A stretch of DNA of 63,747 nucleotides, counting the filler, from Octopus bimaculoides (taxonomy: Eukaryota), in NCBI RefSeq assembly GCF_001194135.2. It is 6 parts of 6 records of this genome, joined end to end, with 100 filler letters (N's around TTAATTAATTAA, not from the genome) between each part and the next. Parts side by side here need not be neighbours in the genome. Positions count along the whole stretch, not along the records: positions 1 to 16,755 come from NC_068987.1; positions 16,856 to 46,308 come from NC_068984.1; 4 more parts are not named here. One strand, written 5' to 3'. Of this stretch, positions 12,119-23,225 are shown one piece after another. The position numbers and the translations under genes are program-made. Every line of letters begins with the position of its first letter. Positions within the stretch are counted from its first letter, which is position 1. The notes beneath the pieces were generated by a model. It searched no databases. It worked only from the letters and a program-made list of their open reading frames with translations, and was not told the DNA's origin.

Positions 12119-12731
12119 AAACCTTAATAGTAAAATTGGAAATCTTTACTGAATCCTCTTCAGGTATCGTTTAATGTGAGAAAAAAATAATGGTGACAGA
12201 ACCATTATTTCTATAATACGTACAGATCACTACCTAGAAATGTGTTCAGTCTAAATGTTTTTTTAAACTAGTGTTAAAATTTATTAGTATTATGTTTAAT
12301 GCAGTGAGTATGAAAAACTCATTAAAAATATACAGTGAGAAAGAGACAGAATTAACTCAATGATTAATATTATTTTAACTATTTTGGTATGTATGGAAGA
12401 CAACTCAGAGCATGTTTTGATCTCATTAGGTATCTTCACCGTATTTGACAGCATCACTAGCAATATGTACAATAATCTATGATTGCAAGGATGATAATTA
12501 GCATATTTCAATTACTTAGAGACTCGATCAGTATGGAAAACATTAGTTAAGTTGGTTCTCTGAATGAGCCAAAAAGAATTAAAAATATCACAGGCTTAAA
12601 ATACATCGACTTGGAATAGATTAAAATTTTAGAGAACGAAAAATGTCATGAAATCAGCTGAGTTTGGTCTGATGTGTAGAGTTTGAAAACAGTATTAGTT
12701 TAATAAAAATTCAGCAGTTGTTATTACATAC

Positions 12732-12825
12732 CTACCCAAAAGGACGTCCGAGATTTCATAATTGTCTGTTACCCAAAGGTCAGTTTTAATTGTAACACCG
12801 GAGGCGTCGAATGTATTTTCAAGTT
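12732..12825 (-). CDS. MYLK: MLCK-like kinase exon preceding the catalytic domain
   Basis: TTTCAG|AA acceptor and AG|GTATGT donor, 94 nt, phase 1/2. Encodes LENTFDASGVTIKTDLWVTDNYEISDVLLG(R) and splices in frame to give LLGRGKFGEV. Too short to appear in the ORF track. Confidence 0.88.
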
Positions 12826-13234
12826 CTGAAAGTGAAATAAAATATATATTAATAAACTGCTTCGTAATATTTTCAACATAATCTCAGTTTTTAAAAATAT
12901 ATCTGTGGCTGCTGTTTATAACTGCAATTAGCAAATTGCTGATACAGAGTTTAGACAACGTAGAGGAATACAAATGCATAAGGCAGAAAAGGAATGTCAA
13001 TCCCAGATACGTGTCTCTTCAGATATTTTCTATCCTGTCCATCGAAACTTAATAAATTTAGCATGATGCTGAAGGAAAGGTTGCAAACTATTAGCAATTA
13101 TAGCAAACTGTAGTTACTATTAGCATTCATATAAATACCCAGAAAAATAAAACGCGCCATTCACAGACATATACATAGACGACGAGAAGAAAGAATCTTC
13201 GAATGCCTGATAGAATGCTTTGCAGGATTCGTTC

Positions 13235-13335
13235 TAGCTCTCTGAGCTATGAGTTAAAATTCTGCCGAGGTTAGCCTTACCTTTAATCCTTCCGAGGTCA
13301 ATAAATAAAATACTGTCCCACACTGGGGTTGATTC
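13235..13335 (+). mobile_element. Degenerate SINE family A core
   Basis: TGAGTTAAAATTCTGCCGAGGTTAGCC...CCTTCCGAGGTCAATAAA...CACTGGGG. Confidence 0.6.
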
Positions 13336-13759
13336 ATCTATTTCTCTATAGAAGAAGTCCACAGTGTTCGGTTCTGGAGAAGGATGGGATATGCCAGGCA
13401 TTTAAACTGCCCAAAACACACTGTGCATCACGAAGGTGCTCCAACGACATCCTCGCTTACGTACATATTGGCCTTTACAACTAAGGGAAACTATGCAAAG
13501 AATACTTTAGGTGAGGAAGACAGATTAACACAGCTTTGTTTTCAAGTACCAGCTATGGTCCCTACAGTTGGATATTAGGGCTCCGTTAATTAAATGTAAC
13601 CATGGTAATATAGATATATTATTTTTTATCCAGAGAAAGAAGGCGGTTTGGCTTAAAATTTTCGAAATCCTGAAAACTGAAAGCATATGGGACTTCCTTA
13701 TCATACAAAAACGACAAGGCCTGGCTTTCTGTCTGTTACTACGACGAGTGCTCTAGTAG

Positions 13760-13950
13760 AATCGATCAGTGGAAAAGCCTGCTCGTGAAATCAACGTGCA
13801 AATGGCTGAGCATTCTACAGACACGCGAACTCTTAAGGTAGTTCTATGGGAGATTCAGCGTGTCATGCATGAATGAGAAAAAGCTGGCCCATTGAACTAT
13901 TTTTTCCAGCTGAGTGGACGGGGGCAACGGGAAATAAGCGTCTTTCTCAA
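13760..13950 (-). mobile_element. Degenerate SINE with family B-like 3' part and family C-like core
   Basis: Reverse complement resembles 32700-32810 and 10040-10090. Confidence 0.65.
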
Positions 13951-14255
13951 GCTGGCACCCTATCCGCTCAGTCATGCGCCTTCACACCGAACAGCAACCG
14001 CAGATAATAACAATTTAGTTGAAATTAAAAAAAATGAAATGGTCCTCCAATGATTCATTCTGATAATCCCTGCTTTAAATAGGTTAACATTAGTCAAATT
14101 ATTATTTTGCTCTGCGGATGGTGCCCAAGAGCAATTCATTCTCTGCATATTTCAACTTTCCACACCTACCAATTTATAAAAGAGTCCGAGGAAGAATTGT
14201 ATAAGTTCAGCTGTTTTGAGGTGCGGAGTCCCTAAAGTTTCGGACCCTTGCTCAC

Positions 14256-14289
14256 CATCTGAGAGAGGAAGACAATATGGTGTTGTCAT
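14256..14289 (-). CDS. Candidate alternative first coding exon (MTTPYCLPLSD-E)
   Basis: AAA-ATG, 11 codons plus G, then a GTGAGC donor. Phase 1 joins exon 12825 in frame. Sequence-only hypothesis. Confidence 0.3.
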
Positions 14290-15959
14290 TTTCGATATAG
14301 GAATATGCATGTATGTTTGTATGTATGTATGTATGTATGTATGTATGTATACTCTCACGTATATAGACTAGGGCAACTGACCTGATATTATTATTTGTGA
14401 TTGGAAGATAAAGACATGGCTAGAGAGAAACGCTAGAACCGCTTTATGCGCATGACTTCAGAAAACGTACAAAAGAAATATTTGCATATGAAATTTCATT
14501 CTGATAATTATTTCGACAACAGATTATATACCAACAAAGCATGATTGAACATGGTTTCTCCGAAGGAATATAATCTTCAAATCTGCATAATTGCAAGGAT
14601 GATGATAAAAATTTGCATGTACGTTAAAAATGCAATGCTTCATCATTCTCGTTATCTAAATTCTTGAATGACGGCTTTGTTTCATTATTAGAATATAGCT
14701 TTTCTGTTGAAAGAATTCAGATTATTAAAAAGAACGTTAGCACACATACATGAATGCATACATACATACATACATACATGCATGCATGCATACATACATA
14801 CATAATACATATATACATACATACATACACGCACATATATACATACATACATGCATACTCAGATATACATACTTATGTACGTCCAGCATAATGTATGTGT
14901 TGTTGACATGTGTAACTCTTTCGAGTAAATTTAGTTATTGCTAAATTAATATTAGTGAGTATATACTCATCTGCATATATATACATACATACGTACACAC
15001 NNNNNNNNNNNNNNNNNNNNNNNNNNNNNNNNNNNNNNNNNNNNNNNNNNNNNNNNNNNNNNNNNNNNNNNNNNNNNNNNNNNNNNNNNNNNNNNNNNNN
15101 NNNNNNNNNNNNNNNNNNNNNNNNNNNNNNNNNNNNNNNNNNNNNNNNNNNNNNNNNNNNNNNNNNNNNNNNNNNNNNNNNNNNNNNNNNNNNNNNNNNN
15201 NNNNNNNNNNNNNNNNNNNNNNNNNNNNNNNNNNNNNNNNNNNNNNNNNNNNNNNNNNNNNNNNNNNNNNNNNNNNNNNNNNNNNNNNNNNNNNNNNNNN
15301 NNNNNNNNNNNNNNNNNNNNNNNNNNNNNNNNNNNNNNNNNNNNNNNNNNNNNNNNNNNNNNNNNNNNNNNNNNNNNNNNNNNNNNNNNNNNNNNNNNNN
15401 NNNNNNNNNNNNNNNNNNNNNNNNNNNNNNNNNNNNNNNNNNNNNNNNNNNNNNNNNNNNNNNNNNNNNNNNNNNNNNNNNNNNNNNNNNNNNNNNNNNN
15501 NNNNNNNNNNNNNNNNNNNNNNNNNNNNNNNNNNNNNNNNNNNNNNNNNNNNNNNNNNNNNNNNNNNNNNNNNNNNNNNNNNNNNNNNNNNNNNNNNNNN
15601 NNNNNNNNNNNNNNNNNNNNNNNNNNNNNNNNNNNNNNNNNNNNNNNNNNNNNNNNNNNNNNNNNNNNNNNNNNNNNNNNNNNNNNNNNNNNNNNNNNNN
15701 NNNNNNNNNNNNNNNNNNNNNNNNNNNNNNNNNNNNNNNNNNNNNNNNNNNNNNNNNNNNNNNNNNNNNNNNNNNNNNNNNNNNNNNNNNNNNNNNNNNN
15801 NNNNNNNNNNNNNNNNNNNNNNNNNNNNNNNNNNNNNNNNNNNNNNNNNNNNNNNNNNNNNNNNNNNNNNNNNNNNNNNNNNNNNNNNNNNNNNNNNNNN
15901 NNNNNNNNNNNNNNNNNNNNNNNNNNNNNNNNNNNNNNNNNNNNNNNNNNNNNNNGTTC

Positions 15960-16100
15960 AAATGTACAACAAATAAGAGAGAGACAGGTGAAGGAAAAAC
16001 AAACAAGGTGTATTAGTTTGACGCTCAGGGAAAATGGAAAAGTCTTTGACGTGTTAAGTCTCTTCGACAGAATGGAATAAGGACAGAAAAGGGTGAGAGA
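15960..16100 (-). repeat. Penelope-pLTR-like repeat (family H3) with decayed hammerhead-like motif
   Basis: Homologous to 42940-43130. Minus strand reads CUGUCGA(16070-16064)-AGAGAC...ACGUC-AAAGAC; the GAAA is lost. Confidence 0.55.
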
Positions 16101-16257
16101 AAAGCGCGTCACGATTAACGGTTCCACTTGTCGAAAACTCAACATCCATTCATCCATCCATCCATCCATCCGTACGTACGTATGTATGTATGTATGTATG
16201 TATGTATGTATGTATGTATGTATGTGCATGTGTGTGCGTGCATAAATACGTATATGA

Positions 16258-16442
16258 CCGTGTTATGGAGTTGTTGCATTTCTGCAACCAATGCTTTGAT
16301 GTGGAATTCCGTTACGCAAAACGTATTTCTATTGACTTCTGAGATTATTTCGAAAACAAAAGGAAGAGATTAAGAAATACGTTATGTGTTACAGAATGCC
16401 GCATTACAAGATTTTCTAGAACGCAGCGTTTTTGTAACGTGG
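16258..16442. repeat. Degenerate foldback element
   Basis: ATTCCGTTACGCAAAACGTATTTCT vs AGAAATACGTTATGTGTTACAGAAT pair at about 20/25 positions; outer arms are weaker. Confidence 0.55.
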
Positions 16443-16594
16443 GGGATTCGTGTATATAAATACATATATATGTATATAAATATACGATAAAGTGAGGAGC
16501 GTATGTATTTAGTAGACGTACATTTAGTCCCGGTGTTAAAAAGTAGGAACCTCGTTTAAGCCACAAACTTCCCTTATTGTGACCAGACAAAGAA

Positions 16595-16644
16595 ATCACT
16601 CTAACTAGTTTGAGCTTTTGTTAAAGCCTCATCAGAGATCGATC
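16595..16644 (-). ncRNA. Decayed minimal type I hammerhead
   Basis: UCU-CUGAUGA-GGCUUU aaca AAAGCU-CAAA-CUAG-UU-AGA. Stem III is the palindrome ACUAGU; G12 is absent. Confidence 0.55.
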
Positions 16645-16755
16645 ACGCATTCTTCGTCATGAGAGGAATAGTGCTTTATCGCTAATTTTAGTATACGCCT
16701 GCTCTCAATCTAATTTAGCTCTGATATACAACTTTCTATGACACTATATATATAT

Positions 16756-16855
16756 NNNNNNNNNNNNNNNNNNNNNNNNNNNNNNNNNNNNNNNNNNNNT
16801 TAATTAATTAANNNNNNNNNNNNNNNNNNNNNNNNNNNNNNNNNNNNNNNNNNNN
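16756..16855. other. Assembly spacer (44 N + TTAATTAATTAA + 44 N); similar spacers near 46.3, 50.6, 54.4 and 62.0 kb
   Basis: The same 12-mer, with stops in all frames, sits inside N runs five times; an artificial 100-nt join. Confidence 0.95.
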
Positions 16856-18081
16856 TGTGCAACATTTATTTTTGCTTTTCTTTACTGTCTTTAAACTAAT
16901 GCTTTTTTTTTTCAATTCGTGTATTCTACTAATACTACCATCACAACCATCAACCCCCCACCCCCACCCCACACACACACCTTTTCCTCTTTTTCTACTT
17001 CAATTTATCTTCTTTAATGGCTAAATATTTTAGTTTCTGATTTTTCACTTCACCCTAATCGCACTCATTTTATTTTCGAGAAAAACTATGACAAAATTAA
17101 ATATACAAATACATACAAGCGTACACACATACACGCACACACACAAACACACGCACACACACACATATCAAAAGGTACCATTCTTCCCAACGTTCATGAC
17201 CATGCCTATTTCGTTGGCAGAGGCGAAGCTGAATTAGACGTCTTTTTATTTTTCATATAATCTACTTTTCTCTTTCTTTCTATTTTCATTCAATTCTTAT
17301 TTTCTATTTTTCTCTTTCTTTACAGTTAATTTCTTTAAAACGTTCCCACTATTTCGTTTGCATTCGTTAATCTGGGAAGCTACACTACATACAATGATTT
17401 CTGATATAGAAACATAAGGTCATACAGCAATTAGGTGAGCATTTAGAGAAGCAGTTAAAACGTTGGTACTTGACGCGAATTAATATATCCGTTGTTATTT
17501 TCGAAATATGGAAATAAAAATTAATCTCAGATTTTTAAAATTTACACTTGGAACGTGCGAGAGAGTTTGTCGATAAAAACGTTTATTCCACATGGAAAAA
17601 AATAACCCGATTATTCTCTCAATATATATTCTAAAATATATATTTTAAAATATATTTTTTTAATGACACGACTTTTGAGATATCCAGGTAATACATGAAG
17701 GCATTGGGACGTAAAGAAATCGTGAAAATTGTGATTCCTGGTTATATATTCCTATATGAATATGTGCTTACGAGCACGTTTATGCATGTGTGTGTCTTTT
17801 TTGATGGTTGGTGGTAAAAGACAAAGTAGAAGAAAGTACTAATGGCGTGTATTTTTTAAGGTGGTACTCACCGTATCAGGAAGTGACCCCCACACTTGAT
17901 TTCAGGATCTTCCTCTATAGCACATATAGAATGAGACATGCAGGGTCCAGTTTTGAAAGTGCAACGGACTGCTGCTCACCCAGTTATTACTTTGAGCGGC
18001 GCCTTCTGTGGCATGTCCGTCGTGCATAAACCTTTTTAGAATCTATAGTATATATATATTTTAAAAGTAGTTGAGTCTATG

Positions 18082-18162
18082 TCCGGTCATAGAGTGACTA
18101 ATGGTTTCGCATTCACAAAGGCCTTAAGCCCTGTGAACGTCTCGTCAGACTCTAAAGCCGAA
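18082..18162 (-). ncRNA. Type I hammerhead ribozyme (H2), catalytic core fully intact
   Basis: UAGAGU-CUGACGA(18148-18142)-long stem II (about 13 bp, loop UUAAG)-GAAA(18108-18105)-C caUUa G-UC(18096)-ACUCUA. Distal stem I is UUCGG/CCGGA. Confidence 0.82.
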
Positions 18163-18309
18163 GACAAATGTAACTCTTCACCTCTGGGAGGCAGGAATCC
18201 GTTACGGTCATTTAGTCAGTTAGTCACCAAAGAATGGTATATATATTGATTTTTCTCTTCTTTGCGTTATGAGCGGCCACATCCGAGTTTGCAGCCGATG
18301 CTACAAGCT

Positions 18310-19350
18310 TTTAATTAGTTTTGTCATTCGCTCTTTCATCACTTTTCAAACCACGGTCTATAGACCTATTTTTCTTCTGAATTTCCCAGTGAACCTCTTC
18401 ATCTTCGCCTCCTTCGATGTGTATCGATGCATAATAATATACGCGGGTGGCCTTGATAAATTACTAATTTCATCATTAGTTTTAAACTGCCCTCTATTTT
18501 ACACGTAATATTTCTTCTTGGACGATTTGCTTGATTAGCAAATCGTTTTGACGCCTCTTTTCATGTCACAATATATGTTTTCATTGTAATTGTCTAATGA
18601 TGAGTAGATTAAACTAATAAAGGTCTATCAGTGTCAGAGATTTCTTTATTAGCGTCAAATTAACCTTATTTTGGACACAAATATACATTTTAGACTTGCT
18701 TAGTAAGTCTACTTATTGCCACTTTTCAAAACACGCTCTATTTATTTTCCATTATCTTTTTCTAATAGACAGATGGATGAATATAAGGTTCTCTAGTCAT
18801 GTCACTGATTTCTTTATTAACTTTCAATTGATCACCTCCCTTCTCACACCTAACATTGCTGATAAGGTACCTATTTCATTTAGTTATTCTTTATCATGGC
18901 TATTCAAAACGGACCAGTATGCTGTCTCTAAGCATCCCACCTGATCAAAAAGAAAAAAAAAATGATGAAATTGGGTGTTGTCTAGACATTTCAATGATTT
19001 CTTTATTAGTTCTATATTGATTCATACTTAAAAATGAAAACTTGTTTCTAAAGTAGTTGAATTATTTTGACTTTTTCTCACCCCTTTTTAAAATACTTTT
19101 TACATTTTGTTCCTTTCTTCTCTTCACAGAAACACGAATGTATAGATGGATAATACTTCATATTGTCTTAAACACGTCATTCAAAATACTTTATTAGTTT
19201 TAAAGTGACCACATATTACGCGTAAAATTGCTTTATACGCCTTTTTAATAATACTCTTTTTCTCGGTATTTTCTTCTTAATGCTGGATCGATGAATATAT
19301 TGGTTGTCTAGGCACATTAGTGATGTCTTTATTAGTTTAAAATTGCTCCC
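18310..19350. repeat. Ancient degenerate tandem array, 6-7 units of about 140-190 bp
   Basis: The core TTGTCTAG.CAT.TCA.TGATTTCTTTATTAGTTTTAAA recurs, with TTTATTA(G/A) at 18645, 18813, 19002, 19190 and 19328; weaker copies near 18475 and 18320. Confidence 0.7.
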
Positions 19351-20436
19351 ATCGTTTGCATAAAATATTTCTCAGTGATTTGCTTACGAATAATTCCTCG
19401 GTGGCTGTCCACATTTCGCAAGCATATACTTAAAGCATTTTATTGTAATCATTTTTTTTTTTCCTTCATCATTTCAAAACCTCATGTCTTCTCTAACACA
19501 TTTATTGATACATCAATACATTGCTTAACATTGGCCATAACCGTATCTAAAAAGCTAAGATCCATGCGGAATAGTTTGGTGAAACGGTAGCCGACGCTTC
19601 TGAGAGAAACAATTTGATTTGTTTCGCACCACTTATACATTTTGAATGAGATAGTATGAATACCTGTTTATGTGCTTGTGTGTATCAGTGAGCTAGAAAG
19701 AGTGTGTAGATGTGTGTTGTTGCTGCTTGATATAGTTTGTTTATCTATTCGGCTATGAAGTCTCTGCACAGAGAAGCATACACATAGTTATAAATAAATG
19801 TGTGTGCATGTATTTAAGTGTGTATGTGTTTGTTCGCGTGTTGGGTGGACGTGTGTGAATATGTATGTAATAATGTACATGTATATCTGTGCTTGTGAGT
19901 GAATGTGTATGTGATAGTGTTTAAGTGCACGACTACATAGAGTAAGACAGAATGACAGCGATAAGGAGATAGAAACAGAGAGAAAAATACGCATGTAATC
20001 ACTGTAGGGGCCTCACATATACAATATACTGAAATGAAAACTTCATTTCACTAAGATTATTCATGCAATAAGAAAATAGACCCTCTAGAAATGTATAAAA
20101 TCTATAAACAGAAGAGCGACATCTTTAATAATAAACAATTGAAATTTCGAAAAATAAAGAATTGCAGGATACAAGAGAATCTGATCTTTAAAGCCTGTAA
20201 ACTGCTGAATGTCATGGTAGTATTTCATATCTCATAAACATTCACAGTAAAGCATATTTCACTCATGGGGTATTTGATTGGTGACTGTTGGTATTGTCAC
20301 TGGCATTTGCATTCGAAGTAGGGAAGGGAGAAAGACAGTTTACCGAGAAATAAAATAGAGGATGGAGTTTCCCTTTAAAGGGAGAGAGAACCGCTTCAAA
20401 AGAAATCATCATCATCATCATTATTATTATTATTAA

Positions 20437-20620
20437 GACGTTAGCACGTCGGGCGAAATGCTTAGTGGTGTTTCACCTGCTACTACGTTCTGAGTTCAAA
20501 TTCCACCGAGTTCGACCTTGCCATTCATCCTTTCGGGGTCGATAAAGTGACAACCAGTTGAACATCGGGATCAATGTAATCGACTCATCTCCTAACCCAA
20601 AATTGCTGCCCTCGTGGAAA
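20437..20620 (+). mobile_element. SINE family A
   Basis: GTTAGCACGTCGGGCGAAATGCTTAG...TTCATCCTTTCGGGGTCGATAAA core (recalled as Deu/Nin-domain-like). Confidence 0.85.
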
Positions 20621-20624
20621 TTTT

Positions 20625-21360
20625 TTTTTTTTCTTTCCTCAAATTTTCTTCCATTTCTCACCGAGTGTTTTCCGTACACCTAGGGCAGAGAAGCTCATTG
20701 TATGCATTCACAGTTTACACACGCAAATTCACAGGTAAAATATGTATGTAAAAAGAAAACTAACAAATAGATAAATTCATGAATGGATGTTGTTTTCACA
20801 ATGATAATGCTCTTCTCAGTACATGAGTTGTTCCAGTTAACACGATTTTCTGCATTTCTTGCAGGGATGGTAGGCCTGGTATCATTTTCAAATAGGTTTC
20901 AGTACCTTTTTTATCATTCCTAGAGAACCTACGATCACTGGTACGGTAGTCGCCTTGAGGTGCCACATTTTTTCAATTTCTATTAGCAAGTCTTTATATT
21001 TACTGATCTTGTCAAATTCTTTCGACGCTATATTGTGATAGCAAGGAATACTCATGTCAATTAATAAACACACCTTTTTTGTCTGATCTTTTATAATAAT
21101 ATCCGGTTTATTAGCTTTTATAGTTTTGTCGGTATGTACGGGGAAGTCCCAGAGAATCGACACATTTTGTACCTCAGTCACAGCTTCAGGATGATGTTTA
21201 CACAATTTGTCAGCAGTTAAGATTTTATAATGTTGACATATTGTCCAGTGTAAATACTGGCCGACTCTGTCATGTCTTGCTTTATATTCTACAGGTGCTA
21301 AGACTTTACACCCTNNNNNNNNNNTATTCTACAGGTGCTAAGACTTTACACCCTAAGATT
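20625..21360 (-). mobile_element. R4/Dong-like element 3' part (second lineage)
   Basis: YLHWTICQHY...ILWDFPVHTDKTIKANKPDIIIKD...LIDMSIP...KEFDKISKYKDL...VPVIVGSLG, followed by a 3' UTR. Confidence 0.9.
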
Positions 21361-21428
21361 AGGTGGTCTATAGTTTCAATCTAATCGTTACAGAATCGGC
21401 ATTTTGGGTCAGCTCCAATTTTTATCAC

Positions 21429-21702
<274 letters not shown>

Positions 21703-22910
21703 GCCTTTGCACAGCTTCTAACGCTGGAGATGTACTGCGGTGTTAGCTGTTCACTACCAGTGAACTAAGGTAACACACCTTATTTTTCGAGCACCTTCTG
21801 GAGTATACGAGCGGTTCCAAGCAGTGCTGTTTTCTGCAAGTGCTCCACCCTTATTCCAGCCCCTGTTTGTTCCATGTACTTCTCAAGATTTTTACTCACT
21901 GTTCACAGGGCTCCGACAATTATTTGTACTACTATCACCTTTTTCATCGACCACAACTGCTTAAACTCTCAAGCTAACCTATCATATCTCTCAACTTTTC
22001 TTTCCTCCTTACCGCATAACTTGATGTCAGCTGGGCATGCTATATCTATGATCCAGCATAGTTTGTTTTCTTTCTCAATTAAGACTATGTCTGGTTTCCT
22101 ATTCTCTATGTCTGGTTTCCTATTCTCTGTGTCTGGTTTCCTATTCTCTATGTCTGGTTTCCTATTCTCTATCTCATGATCGCACTTAATCATAAAATCC
22201 TACAGGATCTTTGCATTATCATTTTCGATGATGACTTCGGGTTTATGGTCGTACCAATTTTTTTTCCGTTAAGTCCATACTTGTTGCAAAGTGTCCAATG
22301 GACAAGCCTGGCTATATTGTCGTGGCGTCTCTTATATTCCTTCTGGGCTAGTGGCTGGTAATATGCCATACGGTTTCACCATTTTGTTTACAAATTCTGC
22401 ACCTATCACTTTCTGATGTGTTGTCTATTGTGTATTTTATGTAATTTGTTCTTAGTGCTTTCTCTTGGGCAGCTCAGATTAGAGGCTCCGTTTCCTGTTT
22501 TAAATCATTTTTAGTCATCCACAGCCATCTTTTTTCTCTGTCTGTCTTGACTTCAACATCTATATGAAATTGACCATGCGTTCTTTTCTTCACACACCTA
22601 TTTTCAGTTTCATTCGTTTTCAATTGCTTGTACAGTGCTTTGTCTTTGCAATCTTTCGTCCTGCACAAGCCTATCCTTACTTCTAATGATAGCGGTTCTG
22701 TGGCATTTTTTACATACCATGCTATGTTATTTTCTTCTGCTCTAATGCCGTGTTTGCATCCAATAAGTCCTCTTGCCCTTCTTTTCTTGGTACTTACAGT
22801 CTGTTTGTGTCACTTTTCGGATGGAGTGACCCATACCCAGTTAGCAACTTCCTTGTCTTTCTGTCTAAGTTGTTTAGTTCGTCTACTGTCCATGCGATTA
22901 CTCCTACTCC
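21703..22910 (-). mobile_element. R4/Dong-like element 3' part (third lineage) abutting (TAA)n
   Basis: KRTHGQF...WLWM...LKQETEPLI*AAQEKALRTN...CRICKQNGETVWHI...(ENRKPDI)x4 VLIEKE...IIDIACP...EERKVERY...IIVGALG...QKVLEK*. Confidence 0.92.
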
Positions 22911-22968
<58 letters not shown>

Positions 22969-22996
22969 TACAGGAGAGAGAGACATACATAAATAA

Positions 22997-23225
22997 GGCG
23001 GTGAGCTGGCAGAATCGTTAGCACGCCGGGCGAATTGCTTAGCGGTATTTCGTCTGCCGCTACGTTCTGAGTTCAAATTGCGCCGAAGTCGACTTTGCCT
23101 TTCATCCTTTCGGGGTCGATTAAATAAGTACCAGTTACGCACTGGGGTCGATCGAATCGACTTAATCCGTTTGTCTGTCCTTGTTTGTCTCCTCTGTGTG
23201 TAGCCCCTTGTGGGTAGTAAAGAAA
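22997..23225 (+). mobile_element. Full-length SINE family A
   Basis: GGCGGTGAGCTGGCAGAATCGTTAGCACG head, GAGTTCAAAT B-box-like motif and conserved core. Confidence 0.9.

Noticed and set aside
14873-16229. Long ORFs in the track here and at other gaps (2.8, 30.8, 42.1, 51.4, 55.2 kb)
   Set aside because: They are open only because they run through N gaps.
16800-16811. TTAATTAATTAA islands inside N runs (five occurrences)
   Set aside because: Artificial scaffold spacer, not a biological repeat.
17872-17940. Strong donor CG|GTGAGT with upstream ATG (MSHSICAIEEDPEIKCGGHFLIR)
   Set aside because: Phase 2 is incompatible with exon 12825, and joining to 9112 would remove the first Gly of the Gly-rich loop. 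It remains possible as a non-coding exon.
18310-19350. CRISPR-like repeat/spacer appearance
   Set aside because: The context is eukaryotic, the spacers share residual homology and vary from about 85 to 135 bp, and no cas genes are present.
21285-21354. 30-bp direct repeat around a 10-N gap
   Set aside because: Typical unmerged contig overlap.
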